This document shows, piece after piece, positions 58,417 through 64,000 of a DNA stretch of 64,000 nt. Each line of letters starts with the position of its first letter. Position 1 is the stretch's first letter. The translations under genes and the position numbers were made by a program. Below the pieces are notes generated by a model that was not told the origin of the DNA, did no database searches, and was given only the letters and a program-made list of their open reading frames with translations. The stretch is from Blastocatellia bacterium (GTDB lineage Bacteria > Acidobacteriota > Blastocatellia > UBA7656). The stretch covers positions 576,001 to 640,000 of the forward strand of contig CAVXWP010000009.1 of the NCBI GenBank assembly GCA_963765495.1. The letters are read 5' to 3'.

Positions 58417-60498
58417 ATGAAAAGCTGTCCGCAATGTGGCAATTCATATAACGACGATTTCACGGTCTGTCCCGGCGACAAGACTGCGCTCATTCATATA
58501 GCGTCTTCGGGGGCCGACCCCATGCTTGGGAGGCTGCTCGCCGGTCGTTTCCTGCTCGTAGGGAAGCTGGGGCAGGGCGGTATGGGATCGGTCTACAAGG
58601 CGCTTCACACGCAGATGGACCGGGTCTGCGCCATCAAGGTGCTTTCGCCTATGGTGACCGATATCGAGGTGGGCATCGCTCGATTCAAACGCGAGGCGAA
58701 GATGGCCAGCCGCATAGATAATCCTCACGCCGTAACGATATATGATTTCGGCTCGGACGAGGGCGGCTTGCTCTATCTGGCCATGGAGTGCATAGACGGC
58801 AAGTCGTTGTCACAGATTCTCAAGCAACAGCATCCGCTTGAGATTTCCCGCATAGCTCACATCACAGAGCAGATTGCCTCGGCGCTCGCCGCCGCTCATC
58901 GCCTCGGGATAGTTCACCGCGACCTCAAACCGGATAATATCATGCTCACGAAAAAAGCCGGGGAAAGCGATTATGTAAAGGTGCTCGACTTCGGCATAGC
59001 CAAGACCATGGCCGATGATATGGGGGACCATGTGACGCAGACGGGCGCGGTGCTCGGAACTCCGCTTTACATGTCGCCTGAGCAATTATCGGGTGAGAAG
59101 CTTGACGGGCGGTCAGATACTTACGGGCTTGCGACGATGGTCTATGAGATGTTGAGCGGGCGGTTGCCTTTCGACGGAGAAAACACTCAGGCGATAATGA
59201 TAAAGCGGATAACGAATGATCCGATTCAGTTGGGTCTGGTCGCCCCTTCCGTAAGCGATTCAATCGCGCGGGCAGTCATGGACGGGCTTGCGCGCAATCG
59301 CGATGATCGGCCTCAAACGGTAGAGGGATTCGCGCACGCGCTAAGGGAGGCCGTAAAGATAAGCACGCATCCCATAGGTCCGCGCGCGGCAGACGAGAGG
59401 GGAGAGAGGGGATCGAGCCGCGAAACCGCTCCCTCATATAACGATAAGACGGTCACAGATGGCAGCCTCGGCTGGACGGGCGATAACGCAAACCTTTCAA
59501 CGGATTTCACGCGGGTGGATGGAGCCATCACGCCGACAACGCCTTTCAACCGCGAAGAGCATTCTGCGCCTGAAAGAATCGAGTATCCACCCGCCGCAAC
59601 CTATATAACAAAGCCATCGGTCGAGCCTGTAAAAATTCAGCCCGACCAGACGCAGCCGTCCGAACCCGGATGGGAGGCGACTAAAGATTTGCACAGCGCG
59701 CAGTCTGCCCCTACGGTCAAATCGAACGTGCCGCCGCCGCCTTATCCATCACCATATCCATCAGCGCCCGTGTCGGTTCAGGCTGCGCCGCAGAAATCCC
59801 GAAGCGCCGCCCTGATAATAACCGCCGTTGTCGTAGTGGCCTTCATAATCGTGGTCACAGTGGGCTATCTGATATTTCCACGACTCAGCGGGCAATCCCC
59901 TCCCCCGACAGTCCATCCTCCGACGATCAATACGCCTCCCGAAACAGGAAGGACAGTGGGGCCGTCCGAGCATTACGAGAATGCCAAGAAGCATCAGGAG
60001 CAGGCATATTTGCTTGCAAGTTCAGGGTCGAAAAGCGAGGCAACGGAAGAAAATCAGAAGGCCATACTCGAATATCGCATGGCGATCTCCGGGCGTCCGG
60101 TCTACCCGGAGGCTCACGAAAATCTAGGAGTAGCGCTTTATAATACGAGCCAGACCGAAGCCGCTCTGAGCGAATATCAGATAGCGATGAAGCAGTACAC
60201 AGAGCAATCGGGGCGACCCACGGCGCAGGTGTTGACCAATTACGGCCTGGCGCTCTATGACTTGAAACGCTACCGCGAGGCGGCCGATTCATTCGGGCAG
60301 GCGCTCGAAATTGATCCCAACGATTACGACCTTTACGCGCACAGAGGGTTTGCCCTGCAAAACGCCGGGAACCAGAGCGGCGCAAGGAGTGCTTATCAGC
60401 AATATTTGCGGCTCTCTCCTACGGGACAATACGCCGACTTTATACGCGAGATAATCGCGGGCCGCGCCCAACCTCCCACCGACAGCGGCAACCAGTAA
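58417..60498 (+). CDS. Hanks-type Ser/Thr kinase with TM and extracellular TPR repeats
   Basis: CPQC..CP N-terminus; GQGGMG, HRDLKPDN, DFG, YMSPE; TPRs (AHENLGVALY, YGLALY...ALEIDPN). Confidence 0.92.
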   Translation: MKSCPQCGNSYNDDFTVCPGDKTALIHIASSGADPMLGRLLAGRFLLVGKLGQGGMGSVYKALHTQMDRVCAIKVLSPMVTDIEVGIARFKREAKMASRIDNPHAVTIYDFGSDEGGLLYLAMECIDGKSLSQILKQQHPLEISRIAHITEQIASALAAAHRLGIVHRDLKPDNIMLTKKAGESDYVKVLDFGIAKTMADDMGDHVTQTGAVLGTPLYMSPEQLSGEKLDGRSDTYGLATMVYEMLSGRLPFDGENTQAIMIKRITNDPIQLGLVAPSVSDSIARAVMDGLARNRDDRPQTVEGFAHALREAVKISTHPIGPRAADERGERGSSRETAPSYNDKTVTDGSLGWTGDNANLSTDFTRVDGAITPTTPFNREEHSAPERIEYPPAATYITKPSVEPVKIQPDQTQPSEPGWEATKDLHSAQSAPTVKSNVPPPPYPSPYPSAPVSVQAAPQKSRSAALIITAVVVVAFIIVVTVGYLIFPRLSGQSPPPTVHPPTINTPPETGRTVGPSEHYENAKKHQEQAYLLASSGSKSEATEENQKAILEYRMAISGRPVYPEAHENLGVALYNTSQTEAALSEYQIAMKQYTEQSGRPTAQVLTNYGLALYDLKRYREAADSFGQALEIDPNDYDLYAHRGFALQNAGNQSGARSAYQQYLRLSPTGQYADFIREIIAGRAQPPTDSGNQ

Positions 60499-60499
60499 G

Positions 60500-60606
60500 A
60501 GTGATGCGTGATGCGTGATGCGTGATTTAGCAGACTTGCAATCTGTCTTTAACAAGAGACTGCCTGAAAATCACGCATCACGCATCACGTATCACGCATC
60601 ACGCAC
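60500..60606. repeat. GCGTGAT heptamer inverted tandem repeat
   Basis: GTGATGCGTGATGCGTGATGCGTGATTTAGCAGACTTGCAATCTGTCTTTAACAAG...AATCACGCATCACGCATCACGTATCACGCATCACGC. Confidence 0.85.
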
Positions 60607-60609
60607 CAC

Positions 60610-61926
60610 TCAACGATTAAACTGCGCGGGTCTGAGCTTCAACGTGAGCTTTGCCAGTTCGCCGCCTGCCGGGCCGGGGCTTGAAGACGGTACGCCGGTC
60701 GCGGGTTGCTTTCTAGGTCGCGGCTTGGGAGCTACGGCCAGATGCGGACGGACGGATTTTGCCTGTCCCGCCACGGCTTCGACTTCGATAACGTTTTCAG
60801 AGAAGGCCACCACGGGCGTCTTATAGGTCTTGCCTCCAACGACAAAACTCTGCTGATTGAACCACTCGTACAGTTCGAGATCATCCATGTCGGTTTCGAG
60901 CTTTAGGCGAGACGCGCCTCCGCTCATCCCCGTTCCGAGCGAAGCGGTCGCGCCCCTGCTCTTCAGCTTTTCAATCACAGCCTGCACGAGCGGCGCTTCT
61001 GCCGAATAGATGACAAGTGACAACTCTTCCTTCAACTGCGGCGTGTTATAGATCACGTCGCTGTCGGAATATATCGATTCGTAAAGCTGCGACATCGCGG
61101 TTCGAGCAATGACAGGCGCTACGGAATCGAGCGCGCGGTCGAATGCCAGCATGGGCGACGAGCCGCTGCCTCGCTCGCTTACGACCGACTCTCCGAGTAT
61201 CAACCCGCCGTTTGGTCGCAGGATGGTATAGATAAAATTTGCGTCCGAGATATAACCGCCCTGACTGAAGGGCTTCGTATCGACCTCGGCATCGATATAA
61301 ATCAGGTAATCAGCGCCGTACTGAGTCGCCTGACGTATCAGCGCCTTGCGCTCAACTTCGCCCTTCGTGATCTTTTCCGTCACCTTGAGATCGAGTGTCT
61401 GGCTCGTGCTTTCAAAAGCGACGGGGCGAAGCCCGGCCTCTTTGACTTGATCGTAGATCAGAGCGCGAAGCGTCTTGGCCGACTTCGGATCTTCGAAACG
61501 CGATGACGGCAAGACCATCACCTTTGGGGCCTCGCGCCCGAAACTGAGCACCTTGTTTTGAACAAGCGCCGTGATCATGGCGGAGAGGTCTATCTGGCCT
61601 TCGACGGTAAGTGTCACCTGCGTCTCGTCCTCGTTGGTTCGCTCGCTGACTACGTTGAAAGATGCGAGGTACTGATCGGGCGGATCGAGCGCGATGTCTA
61701 TGTCTTCGGAAAGCCGGTTGATGATTTCAGGGGAAAACTTCGCAGCCAGATAATCTTTTAGCAACTGCTTGCGCGCCTTTGTGATCGCAACCAGCGATGA
61801 TGCCTTGCGAGTGGTGCGGTCGTAAGGAAAAGTATACCGCTTGCGAATAGTTTCGGCCTGTGCCGTCAGGTGAACACAGGCAAACAGAACAAGCCCGGCA
61901 AGAGACAGTATAAATATTCTTTTCAC
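60610..61926 (-). CDS. Secreted hypothetical protein (possible FlgT_N/CsgG-like domains)
   Basis: Signal peptide; PKVMVLP and GADYLI strands reminiscent of the TolB_N/CsgG fold; RBS AAGGAG. Confidence 0.6.
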   Translation of the reverse strand: MKRIFILSLAGLVLFACVHLTAQAETIRKRYTFPYDRTTRKASSLVAITKARKQLLKDYLAAKFSPEIINRLSEDIDIALDPPDQYLASFNVVSERTNEDETQVTLTVEGQIDLSAMITALVQNKVLSFGREAPKVMVLPSSRFEDPKSAKTLRALIYDQVKEAGLRPVAFESTSQTLDLKVTEKITKGEVERKALIRQATQYGADYLIYIDAEVDTKPFSQGGYISDANFIYTILRPNGGLILGESVVSERGSGSSPMLAFDRALDSVAPVIARTAMSQLYESIYSDSDVIYNTPQLKEELSLVIYSAEAPLVQAVIEKLKSRGATASLGTGMSGGASRLKLETDMDDLELYEWFNQQSFVVGGKTYKTPVVAFSENVIEVEAVAGQAKSVRPHLAVAPKPRPRKQPATGVPSSSPGPAGGELAKLTLKLRPAQFNR

Positions 61927-62031
61927 GGCGAACTCCTTCTTTGCTACTCAGAGGCGGTGACGCAAAGACCGGTGTAACAGTCTCCGCCTCACCGCGTCGT
62001 TTTTCCGGGATTCTCTATTTAACGGGATTCT

Positions 62032-62982
62032 CTATTTAATCTGTTTGGCCGCGTAATTGACCTTGATGCGATCCGGCCTCGGCTGAGGGTCGGGCGTGCC
62101 GTTTTCGTTGTAGGTTTCCAGGATTGTAGCCCAGGAAAGTTTTGGCTCCACATCACTGATGCGAATGCGCGCATACTTTGTCGTCACGTAAGAGAGAATC
62201 TCACCGGCTGCATTCTTGATCGGATCATCCTGCGTGTAGATTTCGAATTCCTGCCCCGTCTGTATGGATTGATCGCTGCCAAGATCGAGGGCAACGCGCC
62301 CGCCTCGCACCAGTACCACGAGCCCTTCGACCGGAACAGAGGTTCCGATCTCTCCGGCAAACTGCGCGGCGATTTTGGCCATAGCCTTGCGATAACCTTC
62401 TTCGCGGATGTCGGATTCGCTCCGCGATTTCGTAAGCGTGTCTTTGCTGGTCTCTTCCTTATAAGTCTTTGACAGTTTCAGAACGCCGGTCTCTGAATCT
62501 ATCATCTGAATCTGCACCTGAGACTTCACATCGGCCGAAAACTCGCCCCCGGTGTCAATGCCTTTCCGACTGAGGAGTCCGCCGAGTTTGCCCGGCACCT
62601 TGCCCTTGGAAAGCGATACATCGAGGGCGTTTCCGACCACGATGTATTTGGCCGAAAGCAGCTTGCCCACTCGCGATGCCTGTTTCGGGTCAACAAGGTC
62701 CGAGTTGTTGAATCCCTGTTCGGACAGCAATTTGTCCCTCTGCGCGGCGGTAATCAATTCGAAACGTCCGCTTTGCGAGAGCGCGTCTTCGAGGGCCGCG
62801 GTTGTCATGTTAGTGGTCCAGCCTGTGTCGCCCGATCCGGTTGCGAGGACGACGACGCGAGGTTTCCCGCCCTGTGCAGCGGGAGCGTCTCCGCTTCGGC
62901 GCTGCGCATAGCCGGTTACAGAAAGAATCATCGCAATTGTGACGATAGCAAAACCCAAGAGATTGACCTTGATGCTCTTCAT
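62032..62982 (-). CDS. CsgG/HfaB family protein with FlgT-C-like domain
   Basis: KPRVVVL, LSQSGRFELI...LLSEQ...VGKLLSAKYIVVG; LDLGSDQSIQTGQEFEIY. Confidence 0.75.
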   Translation of the reverse strand: MKSIKVNLLGFAIVTIAMILSVTGYAQRRSGDAPAAQGGKPRVVVLATGSGDTGWTTNMTTAALEDALSQSGRFELITAAQRDKLLSEQGFNNSDLVDPKQASRVGKLLSAKYIVVGNALDVSLSKGKVPGKLGGLLSRKGIDTGGEFSADVKSQVQIQMIDSETGVLKLSKTYKEETSKDTLTKSRSESDIREEGYRKAMAKIAAQFAGEIGTSVPVEGLVVLVRGGRVALDLGSDQSIQTGQEFEIYTQDDPIKNAAGEILSYVTTKYARIRISDVEPKLSWATILETYNENGTPDPQPRPDRIKVNYAAKQIK

Positions 62983-63271
62983 AATCCCTCCAACTCAAGA
63001 CTACGAAAGGTAGCCGTGGCTAAAATCTGATAAGAATATTCCATCGGGGTCGAGGGCAAAGCCTGGCAACAGAGATATGAGGAAACACTCTTATCCTGCT
63101 TCAATAGTATCTGTTCTGACCGCCCTGTCCCTCTGTACGCTTAGTCTACATTAAGCAATTTTACATTAAATCAGACTATAGGCGAGCCAGGCTCGGAGTG
63201 TCAACGCTCGCTTCAATCTTCACCGAATGCATGGTCTTCGGCTATAATCGAATCTCTGGGAGCAAAATCTT

Positions 63272-63640
63272 ATGTCATCTACTCAGCAGGACAAACGGGC
63301 GAGAAGACGCCCGATGAACGGGTTTGAAATCTATATCGCAATGAAGAGGCGGCTCGAGCAGGGAGCGACAGCCGCCATGGCCACCATAGTCAAAACTCGC
63401 GGTTCCACTCCGCAACGAGCCGGGGCGAGACTCGTGGTATTTGATGACGGCAGTTTTATCGGCACAGTAGGCGGGGGATGCGTCGAGGCCGATATATACG
63501 CCGAAGCACAGGAAGTGCTGCGCTCGGGTAAGACGGGAATCTTTCATTTCGATCTGGCCGGGGATATGGAAGACGATGAAGGCATGATCTGCGGCGGACA
63601 GATGGATGTATTGATCGAGCGGTGGTCGCTGGACGAATAA
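63272..63640 (+). CDS. XdhC/CoxI family N-terminal domain protein
   Basis: ATIVKTRGSTPQRAGARL...GTVGGGCVE...GMICGGQMDVLIE. Confidence 0.88.
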   Translation: MSSTQQDKRARRRPMNGFEIYIAMKRRLEQGATAAMATIVKTRGSTPQRAGARLVVFDDGSFIGTVGGGCVEADIYAEAQEVLRSGKTGIFHFDLAGDMEDDEGMICGGQMDVLIERWSLDE

Positions 63641-63649
63641 TTCTAAACA

Positions 63650-63688
63650 AATAAATCGGGACGAATAAATCGGGACGAATAAATCGGG
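63650..63688. repeat. 14-bp tandem repeat, about 2.8 units
   Basis: AATAAATCGGGACG repeated. Confidence 0.8.
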
Positions 63689-63753
63689 CAGGAATCTCCT
63701 CACCTCATTCTGGCCGCTTGCCCTCACTTCGGGCTGTGCTAAACTCTGATGCT

Positions 63754-64000
63754 ATGGCGAATCAGCGCGTGCTTATCGTAGACGACGAAGAACCTGCTCG
63801 ACAGGGGCTGAGCGAGCTTGTGGCCGGATGGGGCTACGAGCCTGATACGGCCGCCGACGGGCGCGAAGCGCTCGACCGCGTGGATTCGTTCTCTCCGATG
63901 GTCGTAATCACAGACGTAGTGATGCCGCGTCTGGATGGATTTCAATTGCTCAGCCATCTGAAGCAGGAGCACCCGGAAACGGCCGTGATACTGCTGACCG
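63754..64000 (+). CDS. Response regulator, N-terminal receiver (runs off the window)
   Basis: Manual translation [19 protein letters not shown]...[11 protein letters not shown]...VILLT. Confidence 0.85.
   Translation, partial: MANQRVLIVDDEEPARQGLSELVAGWGYEPDTAADGREALDRVDSFSPMVVITDVVMPRLDGFQLLSHLKQEHPETAVILLT

Overview
Moderately GC-rich bacterial chromosomal window. Gene content and intergenic repeat style suggest Acidobacteriota (Blastocatellia-like), which is inference only. The housekeeping backbone (thrC-like fragment, cysK-like, nfo, leuS-lptE-holA-rpsT) is interrupted by accessory genes: a DUF6883/DUF4926-TPR pair, a Na/Ca antiporter and an orphan family-1 encapsulin. There is a Tat multicopper oxidase-SCO cluster and many signalling genes: three Hanks kinases, a PP2C, a protease-FHA fusion, two-component systems, an RsbRST stressosome operon ending in a histidine kinase, and a sigma54 activator. 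The most striking locus (33.8-38.8 kb, minus strand) is a predicted c-di-GMP-I riboswitch upstream of a secreted S8 protease with a C-terminal (GVMIAG)x4 peptide array, followed by a multi-TM HD-GYP/GAF/GGDEF protein; this is a candidate peptide-signal/c-di-GMP feedback module. Also present are a 156-bp MITE (17-bp TIRs, 10-bp TSD) carrying REP-like palindromes and several families of intergenic 7-9-mer inverted tandem repeats. No rRNA, tRNA, CRISPR array or transposase gene was recognised. Family names come from motif recognition by eye, not from database searches.
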